Assembly: GCA_002633005.1 (NCBI GenBank)
Contig: NMRA01000359.1
Span: 275,438 to 339,437, forward strand
Direction: 5' to 3'
Source of the DNA: Phoronis australis
Lineage: Eukaryota > Animalia > Phoronida
Length of the DNA stretch: 64,000 bases
Under the pieces are notes generated by a model, which had not been told where the DNA came from, made no database searches, and was given only the letters and a program-made list of their open reading frames with translations. Numbering within the stretch: the first letter of the stretch is position 1; each line of letters starts with the position of its first letter. Positions 1-12,600 of this stretch are shown piece by piece. Made by a program: the position numbers and the translations under genes.

Positions 1-280
1 ACTTGCCTTCGCACCAATGAACCTAAAAAAATTTCGTATACGAAGCAGAACGTAGAGTGATGCTCCGGAGTTGTGCCATGCGGCGGTGTCAAGCAGAACT
101 AGAATAACGGTTCCAATGGTGACCATAGATCAAAGTAAACCCGAAACAAAGGAAGGCACGAAATGAAAATGTCACGATTCGCATGCGTCTTGTTGTTACA
201 ACAGTGTTAAAGGTGCTTTTCACGCGTTTTCGTCAAAAATGAACTTTTGATTTATAAATCACCGAATTTAAAGGGGGTAT

Positions 281-574
281 CAGTGGCGGATTTGGGGGGG
301 GGGGCAAGAGGGCCATGCCCCTCAAAAATTCTACCAGATACCATTTGGCAGTTCGGGTGAGACTTGCTGACTAGCACATGCCAGGGGGGTGAATAAACAA
401 TGCATAGGCCCTGAACAAACCCCGTTTACCGTTTTTTTTAGCCAAAAGGTCCGCAAACCCAAAAAATTCGAGACCCGTGCATCCCTACATTTTAGGCTGG
501 GCGCGCGCATCTGCCCAAATTCTGGTTATTCCTGTGCCCTCTCCCCCTAACTCAAAGTCCTGGATCCGCCCCTG
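281..574. mobile_element. Small MITE (CAGTGGCGGAT...ATCCGCCCCTG termini)
   Basis: Imperfect 11-bp TIRs, G-run/C-run subterminal sequence, and flanks GGTAT / GGTAC. Confidence 0.6.
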
Positions 575-1654
575 GGTACTGCCGTTGAATGTGTTGATCG
601 AAATCGAACATGGCCAAGTTTGATTAGCTACGTAACTGTAGTGCGCAAGCAACATTGCTTGAAATGATATTGCATGCACTCCACTAAATTCGTGCTTCTC
701 AGTGTAAACTGGGGATTACAAATCCTACGTGAAAAGCTTAATTTTTGTACACAGTGGAAAAATAAGCCGCGAGAATGTACACACAGCCGTGAATCTTTGG
801 ATGGATGACCTGGGTCAAACAAATATGGGGTCAACTGAACTGGATTCAAGCCGAACTAAGCTACTAGGCGCTAAACAAGTCTTACGCGAGATGTTACGAG
901 TTAGTGATTCTACTTAACGAGTCAGTGCTCAGTGCTCAACTTGACAGGAACAGGGATAACACAATAAAGCAAACGGATTCACTCTAACTTTATAAAGGAA
1001 GATCCGCAAATCAATAGACAGACATTCGTCACTCATGTTTTGCTCACGAAGTTGATCATGACAGTGAAATGTAAAAAATGAATTTAATATTGAAAAATAT
1101 GCATGGTTTGAGGAAAACAAGGAAATTCGAGAGCCCACAGAAATCCACTTGTTTCTTGCTCAGATGAGAAATGGTTTATGGACAGAAGTTTTTTTGACTG
1201 GGGGCATGTTTACAGCAGGTTTAAAGGTGTATTTGCGTGCTCCTAACTATGCTAATGTATGGCAGGAACTAAACGACAATGCTATTTGAACATCATCTAC
1301 GCTAAACAAAGTGCAGTTGTATTCCTTGACAACTTGTAAATGTGAAAACAAAATATTCTGCTAATAAATTATATGACCTTTGCACTAATGACGTACTTTG
1401 GGGGCTCACATTATTCGCATCATACAGTGTTATCCCCAACACCACGTCACATACTCACAAGAAACATTCGAGTGATTTACCGCATTTCATTTCGACAAAA
1501 AATCGTTCTTAAAAACATTTGGCAACTTTCAACACAATTTATACTAACACCATCCTTATATGTTGTGTTCCTAGCTAATTTGACCAAGCAATAATAAAGA
1601 TAAGGATTTGCGTCTAAGCTCCACTTTAAATTATATAGCAATGATAAGAAAATG

Positions 1655-3650
1655 CATCTCAACAGCAACAAAATTTTATTGTACACCATCAAGTAATCTT
1701 TGCAAATATAATAATAATAATAAATGAAAGTGCCGTCAATTTGAACTGCTTTAACTGCTCCAGAATCGCACGGGATTTGTACAGTACAGAACAAAACAAA
1801 ACCAGCGACAGACACGGGACCGTCAAACAAACATGAACATTTGTGCACTACCTTCAGACTCATGTCCGCCTAATTGGGATGGAGTTCTTCAACAACTTAA
1901 TTATATTCTAGCAAAATCAAGTTTTCCAAAATATATACTATACATTCAATATATCACACACACACAGCAAGCATGAAAACCAGTTATTGATTAGAATTCA
2001 GACGAAGATGTGACAAAAACGATAATTAGTGAACATCGATGCTACATCCTTGAGAGTCATTTCAAATGACAATGTCTGCCAGCACACTAAAGACCCGATT
2101 CTGCGGACCCACGCCATTCCATAACACACACAATAGGCAACGGTTCTGACATCTAGCGACAAATGTCAGAACTAACCAGACATAGTGTCCTCAGAAAAGC
2201 AGCAGCAGCAGCAGCAGCACCTCCAACACACTCTTGCAATAGCTGTCGAATTTCCATCAAGCTCAAGCAATTTATCCAAGCATAAAAACGCTCTCTCAAC
2301 ATATCCATATGTATATACCTACAAACTGTACGTACAAAGCTTGGGGTTGATAAGCGTGTTCAGAACTTTCTTGTTACAACAAACAATTCTGCCAAGTTCA
2401 CTTAGGGTTGTTACTTATCGGAACATAAGTCGGCAGATTTGCCGATTTCAAACAAAAATAGCACAAATAAACAAGAAAATACGAAAAAGAGGTCAAATAA
2501 CAAAAGACTATCCTAATTAAAATGATGAAGAATATACACAGAGGATGTACAGAAATGTTCTAATTACCTCGTGAAAAGATGTATTCCTGTGCTGCATGCC
2601 AGTAGACTCAACTGTGACATCTCGCTGACATTTTACATTGCTAGCAACAGGCAACAACACTGCCTTTCGCTGTACAAAATCAACAAACAGCCCAACATCT
2701 CTGCTGTATCGTAACGGCCTTACCAACAATTCAGTCAACCACAGAGCACTACTTATCAATGTTCACGCTGATCTGACCAGACAGGAGCAGTTCTGTTCCC
2801 TAGCCAGCTAGCTGATTTGACAGTGTTATAGACAATAAGGAATCGTAATCGTTAAGAGCAAGAACACGAAACAGACTTGTGACAGCACTGTCAGTATGAT
2901 ACACTTAACAGTGTGATAGTCACATATATTCTTGCAAGTGATATAGTTAAAGCAAATGCATATTTCACACCCCTAAATACATTCATCCGTTACATGTGAT
3001 CCACTGCTGACAACCACCAAATGAATTCTTTCAAACACCACATACAAAGTTTCTCGCCACATAACTAACCAGCGAGCGAGTGACAAGTTTAAAGCATTTA
3101 CTTTAACACCAGAATAAACAATCTCATATTAGTGACTACCAAATGATAACTCAACACCGTTACCATGGCTACACTATACAACTTCAAAAGCATCAGACAT
3201 GTTCAACCCAATCAACATTTGCAAAGCTGATCTCTCAGGTGGTTGTCAGCAGAAGGCAAAGAGGATATCAATAAATTACAAAACAGTCATCAGAGACCAA
3301 GACAGCTCTGGATTATCATTCTGGTACGTACCTGCTGCTCCCCAACAAACTCATGCTGACTTAGTGTCTGCCAAAACATGCGTGTATGTTCAGAATTGAA
3401 TTTCATTTGACTTTTCCTGAAACGACTTTTCGAACTTCATCTATTTTACAATGTATGCATTCCTTTTCAAACCACTCTCAGCCTCACCCATATCTTGCTG
3501 TCCGCGAAAGTTCACTCACCACCATCCACTTTAAGTGTTTTCTCTACCATTGAATCACTGCTCCTCACTATGGCAGCCCACTTTCCAGAATCAAGCCCTC
3601 AAACAATTTTCCGGTGAAACTGAAATCACTTGCGTCAACAACCGAAAACA
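1655..3650 (-). other. Probable ~2 kb 3' UTR of USP9X ending near an AATAAA signal
   Basis: Minus-strand AATAAA at 1675-1680 (tttatt on +), followed by U/G-rich sequence. The region lacks credible ORFs or obvious TE and is U/G-rich on the sense strand. The end point is inferred. Confidence 0.5.
2198..2218. repeat. (AGC)7 microsatellite (CUG repeat in the predicted USP9X 3' UTR)
   Basis: agcagcagcagcagcagcagc seen directly. Confidence 0.9.
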
Positions 3651-6600
3651 CTAAGCATCAGTCATCTCTTTATTGTCTGGCACTTGCTTAGAGTCCATCT
3701 CGTCTATCTCTTGCCCCGTTTCCGGTGACACATTCTGGCCAGACGTGCTGGCAGGCTGTTCAAACTGCTCAGTCGACTCCTCCTGTTGGCCAATGTCAGC
3801 CTCTTCTGACTCATCAACTTCCTGTATTGAAAGGTCAACAAAGAACGCATGAAGCATCAGAATACAAGTTCACTGCCACTTAAAATGAAGAAGAGATATC
3901 ACCTATGAAACTAATTTTTTACAACAGCTGGCAAACTTCAAGTTTTGGCTTTGAGTGATAGACACCACGATGTCTAATTATTCTGAAAGCAATATCTAGG
4001 TCTTTAAATAACATATTGATCACAAAAACCTTTGTCTACAGAGTATATGATATGAACAATGAAAAAGTTTAGAGACGGAGGGACTCGTCCACGAGTCAGC
4101 TCAACTGGAACTGTCATACAACATGTCATGGAAATCTATGGCATTTTGCACGTCTATTCAAAAATAGTCCGGCAAAGAGACAATAAATGAGAACGGGAAC
4201 AAGAAATTACCAAAACCAGAAATGGTTACTCAGCATTGCTTTCCATGTCCAATATTACAAGATAATGTTGTGCTGTTTTTGTCTGAAAGTACCACATCTT
4301 TTTACACGTGAATATAATTTGACAGGATATCAATAAGTATTACTAAGAAAATACAGGTCAGTGTTGGCTTACGAATCAGATGACGATGAAAAGGAATTAT
4401 TTGAAGTAAAGTTCAAGATTTTACAATGAGGTACGCGATTTCTCTAAACCATCGACAAGCCTGCACAATCAAACAAGTAACATTTAGAACTTGTATACAC
4501 AGTGTAAACAAAACAGCATCGCAATGAAAGAGTGAAGACAAAATTCAAGACGAGAGTGTCAGTGCAGATCACGAGAAGGCGTACTTAATAACTAATGCAT
4601 AGAAGTGTACGTACCTCTTCTGGACACAGTTCAGTGGCTTTAGTCAGAGTGATGCGGGCACTGTGGGAACGCTCCAAGAAGTAACTGGGAAATATAATAA
4701 TGCCTCCTATTAATTATTAACACAATGAGATATAATGTAATTTATAAGAAGTGATAACTGATACAATGTAATTTATAAGAAGTGATAACTGCATAATAAT
4801 ATACGATTGAACACACTGAAATCCCACGGAGGAATGTGCTTGAAAACCGTGTTTTGATTTATGTTTTGGGGGCTAGCCCTTCGTTTTAGTATAAGTCAAG
4901 TTCATGTTCTTCATTACACCATCATGACGCTATGTTCCAAACCGAGTTCATCCAGTCCTTTAACAGCCATTAACTGAATTTATTGAAAGGAGTCGCACAA
5001 CAGACAGAACGCTAACTTTACATCATCATTTATTTTTTTAGAGCAAACAATTGTTGCATTTTGATTTCCACAGTTACAAATGAATTGAAGTGAACGTTGC
5101 ACCTCCCCAAATTTGTAGGCCATCTGCACGCCCTAAACATGTTCTTGACCAATCAGCATAAAGTTGTCTAATGACATCATTGACACAACAGCATTGTAAA
5201 CAAGCCTCAATGCATCCTAGTTGAGAAGCCAGCCTGGAGTGTGCGTTTGGCAATATCTCATTACAATTCTTTTGGTTTAAGTCCAATTTGAAAACATAAC
5301 AACACTATCCAAAGGGCAAACTTGGTGACTAATGAACATTAAATGCTGAAACGTCGTGAATGGCTATGGTAACGTTTTCACTAATGCCATGCACTTCAAC
5401 ATCCTGGCGTTCTCTAATTACCATTAGTCTGATGCAATTGTACTGCCGTGAGTGGGATAAGTTAGTGGCCACAAAAATAACGGACTGGCAACAGACCAAC
5501 AAGATCTGGAGCTAACATTTTGAGACTTGGTGCTACTAAAAATTCACACAAATGCTGTGGAAAACCAAGGCCAAATTGTCGAGAAAAAAAAAAACACGCA
5601 AAAAGTGACTTGAGGAGCGCAGTTATATTGTAGACAGTACTTCAAAAGAAAGTTTAGCGTGAAGTGAATAGTAATCACGCATTATCTAAAACTACACAAG
5701 TTGGATGACATGTAGCTCAGAATAATCTGGCTTATTTTTCATAAACAGAAAACACTGCTTTATGTGACCCCATTTGGGCTGTCGATCATAGCTGCGTGAC
5801 TGAATGAAAAGTTTGATTTTGTGTTCCTAGTTGCGATATAATCTAGTTTCTATTGAATAACCTTGCTGTAGGACAGAATGGAAATTTGTGAATATGACAC
5901 GCTCATGCTAAATATCATTAGACCTGTACATTTATCGCAAAAAGACCAGTTAGTGATCAGGAGATAGTCAAATCCCCATGCATACTTCGATCACCCACAG
6001 CTTTGGAATTTCACTTTGAAAGTGAACCTAGGGATGAAAAATAGACCCAAGTGGGTAGGAAACGTTTACCCACAATCCCACTTTACAGCCGTTTATTTGC
6101 TCTAAACTGGATGACTAAAAAGAGTAGCTGAACCACAGATTTACTCTATCGACTCTGTGAGAATTATTTAATGAGAAATATTTTGTGATTTCAAAAACAC
6201 AGAATGGTTCAAAACGATATGTGGGATGCTGCAAGCTTTGAGTAAATCCAGGCTAAAACTTCTTAAACTAAGCGCACAAGTGCTATAAAACAATGTGTTG
6301 GGACCGTTCAGACTGTGCACATTGTGAGCCTTGTGCTCCACCTGTTGTTAACAATATGATCTACTCACCCGTTTGAGGTCTCGTTTGACTGAGCTGGTGG
6401 TGACCAGTTGTTGTATGTGTACTGTGTATTGCCAGAGTATGGGCGCTGGAACAATATGGCAGTGATCACACAACATGTCTTGCTCCATCTATTAGTCCAA
6501 TATTCAACTTATGCAACAAAAAAATCAACCAGACTTTTATCAAAAACCAAAAATTCTAAATGTTAAAGACCATCTGACAACAAATTGAAACTGATTTCTG

Positions 6601-9600
6601 TAAAATAAGATTTTGTACACAGGGCGATAGCTATTGAGTTAATAACATCTCCAGATATAAAGCTTTCCGTGTTCTTTGACATGACTTTATTCATGATAAA
6701 TTGTATTTTCTTTGAATTCATAAATGTATAAATAGAATCACATTTCCATCAACCATAGTCAAGACTTTAGTATAAGTGCTGCTCCTACCCTCTCTAGTTC
6801 ATCACTCAGCCACTCAACTGCCCACGTCCACTTGCGCTTCAAGTCTCCGTTGTTCTGAAGCATTTGATTGGCTGGCCCACAACTGCAAATCAAACAGAAA
6901 TAACATGCAGTTAATAATTCAGACTCTTTATAAAGTGAAATAATCGCGTTTTTCTTCATCACAGTGAAAACACAAAACAGGATTTTTGTCACTTTCAAGA
7001 CAGTTTTGGTTTTAAAATGTATTTGCCACAAAACAGCTATTCTTGGCCATATCCAATGTAAAAATCAATACACTAAATTTTGAACTTACACCACCTAAAA
7101 AGTTGATATTATCTACTTATTTTATTGCAATTTTTGTGATTTTGAAATTATGTTGCCTTGAGAAGTGTGATTAAAGCGAAGGATTGAAATAGTTAGCCTT
7201 CTAAGACAAAGTACACAAACTCAATCTTTTTCAAGGAAATTCTTACACTCATTTTCTTAGAAATATTTTGCTGTCCAAAATTATTTTGCCTCTAACCTCT
7301 AAATGTAGAATACAGCTTGATTGACATTTACCCTAGACAATGAAGAACACAAATTTAGATGTTCTTGCACAAAGATTCTTATTATCACTCTATTATAGAA
7401 CTTAATATTATTTTCATAGAAGGATATTTGCTAATTTGAAAAAGATGAAATAAGACAATGAGTAGACAAGAAGTGTATCTTTTGGAGCAGTTGAAACCTT
7501 CAACCATGTTTGTAAAAATTGCAGAAAGTGATTTTTGTGAAAACTTAATGGTATGAGGATCAAAAACATTTAGTTTAACTGAACAATTTAGAAAAAAATC
7601 CCTCCCCCCCGTATACAGAATGCAAGCATTACCTGCTGAAAGATACAACATCAAGCAATCTCTTGGGGAACCCAGTATCAAATCAGTAATTTCACTTGAC
7701 GTTGCCTATGAGGGAAGGTAAACAACAGATGCATCCTTTGACTGGCCAACTTACTGCGAGAACAGTGCCACCATCATCTTAATGCACTGGTACGCCCTCT
7801 TCTGGTAGTGATTCTTGGACCGCTGTATAGTGTCGAAAAGACCGTCACGATCATCAGGAATACCTAGAAAGAAAATCAAAAGGACTGACCAGAGACTCTT
7901 CACAAGCTAGATTATAGCAAATCCTGGCACATGTGGGAGATTACGAAACAGTGAACACAACACTGGAATAACATATCATTTTCTGGTGGATAACGGTGTA
8001 GTAGACCGGGATCCCAGAGCTTTTTTGGGCATGAAAAGGTAACCAATTTTCTTTGGTGCCACAGTGCTCTGTGGGTATCCTAATGCTTGGAAATGGCCGT
8101 CTGGCAGGCTCGCTCTGGTGGGTTTGGTCAGGGGAGCCAAGAAAATTGCATTCAAAAATTGAGCTAGATCAACTTTTCTGGTAACCACTTCAAACTGCTT
8201 TCGATACCTACTACGTAATCCACTGTGTCAAAATTGGTCACTGCCAGACAATTTCAGTGGTGGGGAGTATCAGCCAGACGGTTATAAACAAGGTGCAAAA
8301 ATTGAGCTAGATCAATCCAAGAGGTAACTGCTTGAAACCAGTTGCAAAATATTAACCGCGATCCCAGATATCACGAATGAACACTGCCAGACAAAGCTAG
8401 TGGTGGGTTAGCTCCGCCAGACACGCCCAAATATCCGAGCTGAGCAAGATCATTCTAAGACGTAACCGTTTGAAACCAATTGTACGATGTTCAGCACGTG
8501 GCACAACGGTAAGATGCCAAACAATTTCAGCGGTGTGGTGCCCGCATCAGACAAAATTGGTTAGATAAGTCACCACACAAGGTGAGTTTTTTGTCCGTAA
8601 GTTTACGTTAGGGCACGAAAACCAGAAAAATCGCACCTGTGGTTGGAGCAACCTCACAAGTCAATGCGACAAAATGGAATACTCCATATGATTCACTTTT
8701 AAAAACAAAACCGAAAATCCGTCTGTGACGGATGGCACATTGTGTTTGCATGAATTTCGACTTTTCGTTGTCCTATTTTACCAGAGTAAACAGCGTCCCC
8801 CTGTTTTCGGATGAATCATTTGATGCAACTGCTAAGACGAGGAATAATCGAAATGCCGTCTTTTGCTATCGTCTGCATTATGTTTGCGCACCAACTACCT
8901 TCATTTCACACAGTGATTAATGTCAAATTTGGGAAAACTGATCAGTTTTGGACAATCTTACTACATCTTTCTCATAAACCGAGCCTACAGCGAACTCCAG
9001 AGATACTTCAAGACCAATGACGCCAGTAGCTATATCAACAGTTTCCCCAACAATGCTAGGTGCATTCTTTGCCCTGAACTGCCCAAACTAGTCCCCAGAT
9101 GGGGAACATTGTGGGAATAACGAGTCCTGATAGTTTTTCAGTTTATTTAGATTGACAATCATTTCATTTGCAAGACACAGATATGCGGACAATGGAACTG
9201 TTTGCTTTTTCTCTTCATAGTGATTAAAAAACACGTTCAAATTAATTATTCATAGATGTTGTATATGGTGCTCAGTCATCGTGGCGACGGCCCCGGGGAT
9301 CCACATTAGGGGAGGAGGTATCCAACCACTATGTATAATCTTTTTGCAAATCGTGACTGATTTGCAGTCAAATCAAATAATGATTCTAGTTTATGTTTCA
9401 CCTTTTTACTTTTATTATTAATAGTTACAGCCAGGGGGGTTCGGGGATTCGATCGAACCCCTCCCCCGCTGAAAAGGTCTAGCCCCAGCATATTCCTTAA
9501 CATGTGGAGAATTTCTCACTTACACTGGTGACACCTCTGATTCCCTAAGCCCCACTTAAATTTTACAATGCCTATTCAGCACGCCCTTTGTATTAAAGTT

Positions 9601-12600
9601 GATCTGAGCTAATGAAGTGGAAAGGTAATTGCTAGCATTACTGCCTCAACAATGGTTGTTGTTAATACCCCCAATTTGGTTTTCTCTGACATTTGCAGAG
9701 TTATAGCCTGCAACTCTTGAGAGTAGTTTTAACTTTAAGTTGGTACATTATAAATATTACAAAATGACTAAAAAGGTTAACTTGTTTTTTATCTTCACAA
9801 AGAGCCACTTTCCAAAAGAACGATATGTTTCATATTGGTTTTCTTTATTTAATTTTTAATGCTTCTGCCCACTTGTTTTTTTTTTTCTTAGCGCGAACGG
9901 GTTGATTACTTTTTATCTAAGTTTTGAACTTGAAGTACCACCACTAGATTTGTCTGGCAGTGTTCTCTTGTGATACCTGTGCTCACGGTAAATATTTTGC
10001 AACTAGTTTCATGCGGTTACCTCTTGGATTGATCTAGCTCAATTTTTTACCTTGTTTATAACCGTCTGGCTGATACTCCTCACCACTGAAATTGTCTGGC
10101 AGTGACCAATTTTGACACAGTGGATTGTAGTAGGTATCGAAGGCAGTTTGAAGTGGTTACCAGTAAAAGTTGATCTAGCTCAATTTTTGAGTGCCATTCT
10201 CTTAGCTCCTCTGACCACATCCACCAGAGCGAACCTGCCAGACGGCCATTTCCAAGCATTAGGATACCCACAGACTATTGTGGTACCAAAGGAAATTGGT
10301 TACCTATTCATGCACAAAAAAGCTCTGGGATCCCGGTCTATAGTGGCACTGGTACCACATGTCATGCTTGATGTATGTTTCAACCACAATTAATTATTTG
10401 CATAACAGACAAATTGGACACTGAATTCATACATGTCATCCTCGTTAACTACCACAGTCAGACACAAAACAGATTCGATATCCAGCCTGAATCAATGTAA
10501 TGAGTTTGCGAATTTTTAACTTGTCATCAGACAACACTCGAACACTCTATCTACCATGTATCCAGGCAATAGAAGTCCCACCATAAAGAATGAATTAACC
10601 TTTGTGTAAAACCATTACTTTCCAGACAATAATACTAGAAATAAGGCCTTCAAAAGTCAAACATACAGACGTCAGCTCTTTGCATCAGTTGCACAAAATT
10701 CGGCAATACAGTAAAGTCTTGTACTCGGCTCTCCAGCTAGGCTCTTCAGCTAGGCCAGACTGTGCCTGTCTCGAACATAATTCCACGCTTACAAACACTC
10801 TTGAAACACCCAATGGCAGAGCCATGTACCCTAAACAACACTGCTGGGGTTGACATGCCTACCTTTCAGAGCGTTGTGTATGCGATGTTGTTGCCACGAG
10901 TCCTCCAACATTAACATCTGCAGCAGAAGGTCTAAGTACGGCCTCATCTCGTACGTGTAGCAGTAGGCGATCTGCCACAGTAGTTCACTGAGTACCGTTG
11001 ACGAGAAGTGAGGGTTCTCCCAGCAACAATACTGATAAAAAGAAACCACACATTGGCTTTGCGCTTAAAACACATTTCATCTTGTAACACTTCCAGCTAT
11101 CAGAAACAAAAATTGAAAGGTACAAAGAATTTCCCAATTTTTCAAATTAGCATTAAAAGTATGAAACTGTATTTGGCCAAAACTCGACAAGTTTGTCAAA
11201 ATCATAAAGACTGCCTGTTTGAAATACTGGTATCTAGTACAGAATCAGTTGACTGGTGATTTCATGTGTTTGCGGCACAATACTACACATTCAAGCAATA
11301 GGCAATAAACGTAACGCAGTAATAATTTAAGTTATGAAAACAAACACTAGTTACACACCCTTAGCAACTTTGTTGTCTCTTCAGAATTATTGCAGTCCTC
11401 CAAAAGCTTCTTTACATAGCTGCAAAAACGAATATCATTGTTATAGCTAAATTCCAGGAGAGTGGAGAAAACTCAAACATGTTTTAAATGTGAACCTGGC
11501 AAAAATGTAACTTTGGAATTGGCAGGACGCGAGATTTCAAGCAGGGCATGAATTTGTATAAAACACTGGCATTTGATTTTGAATCAATCCAATCATCTGG
11601 GATAACTTAAACACACATCACCCATAATCAGTACCATGTGCCTGGAATCCTACACTGGTAAAGGAATGGTGTAAAATTATCTCTATTTCTGACACTAATT
11701 TCTCAATAATATTTATTTCCCACAATTCCTCCTAACATAAACAAATTACAACCTTAAGACAGGACCAAAATGAATGTAACTTTTAATGAGATGAAACTGT
11801 CTAATTACAGCAGTGCCAGCTTTGTTTGACTAGTAAGTATATGGACAAAAAGTACATGAATGTGCGGCTTGTTATCATACCTTGTTCTCCCAAACAGGAT
11901 GTCTACTGCCTCAGTTGGTAGGGTCATCAAACACGGAGTGTGTTCACCATGAGGGTTGGGTAGGATGGCGTAACCCTGGGGAGGAAAGGGATGTGACTGG
12001 TCACGTAGAAAATTTTGATGTCAAGTGATATAGTTCACAGCTCCAGCACAGCAAAATAGTGCGGATTCAAATCCATGAAAATGATAACAATCGATACATC
12101 AGCACACTTTTACAGACTAATCAGTTTTTAAGTCCTTGAGTGCTCTGGGTGCATGACAACAAACTTTAACATAACACAGACTTGACTACAAAGTGACCAA
12201 TATTGAGTAAACATTCAAATTTCACGCAATGTGATTGGTCAGTTTTCGAGCATTCAAAAGAGCTGGTGACAGTTTCTTAATCCCGTAAGCAAAAGTATGC
12301 AGTGTAAAAAGACGACCAGTAAGTTAACAAAACTGCTGTTCGAACACAAGAAATAAAACTGACTGAACAGAAATCACTTACTAAAACACTCGATGTAATG
12401 TCCCAAAGATTAAAAAATCTTCACTATTTCCCTTTATACGTAATTTCCCCTATAATTCCTGTAGTTTCCACAATTTTGATTCTTTATAAAACAAAGGCTA
12501 AGAACACAAGCCAGGAGAGTTAAAACACTGGTTCACAAGGTAGTCTCGTAAAAAACTCTTTTTAGGGGGCACTTTATAGAAAATAAATAATCAGCGACAA

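Noticed and set aside
2185-2520. 111-aa poly-Q ORF on the + strand
   Set aside because: GTG start, no recognisable homology, antisense to the predicted USP9X 3' UTR; the Q-run is only the microsatellite.
4373-4443. Possible extra 71-nt USP9X cassette exon (tttag...gtaagc)
   Set aside because: Weak pyrimidine tract, frame-shifting length and no similarity to USP9X that I recognise. It would need RNA-seq support.
9430-9490. G/C-rich ggggggttcgggg...gaacccc segment inside the long-TIR element
   Set aside because: Looks like a MITE fragment, but its termini could not be defined.
7976-10393. Paired similar ORFs 7976..8188(-) and 10112..10393(+) ([21 protein letters not shown])
   Set aside because: The similarity is just the inverted repeat. 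The ORFs are short, have different ends and show no recognisable domain.
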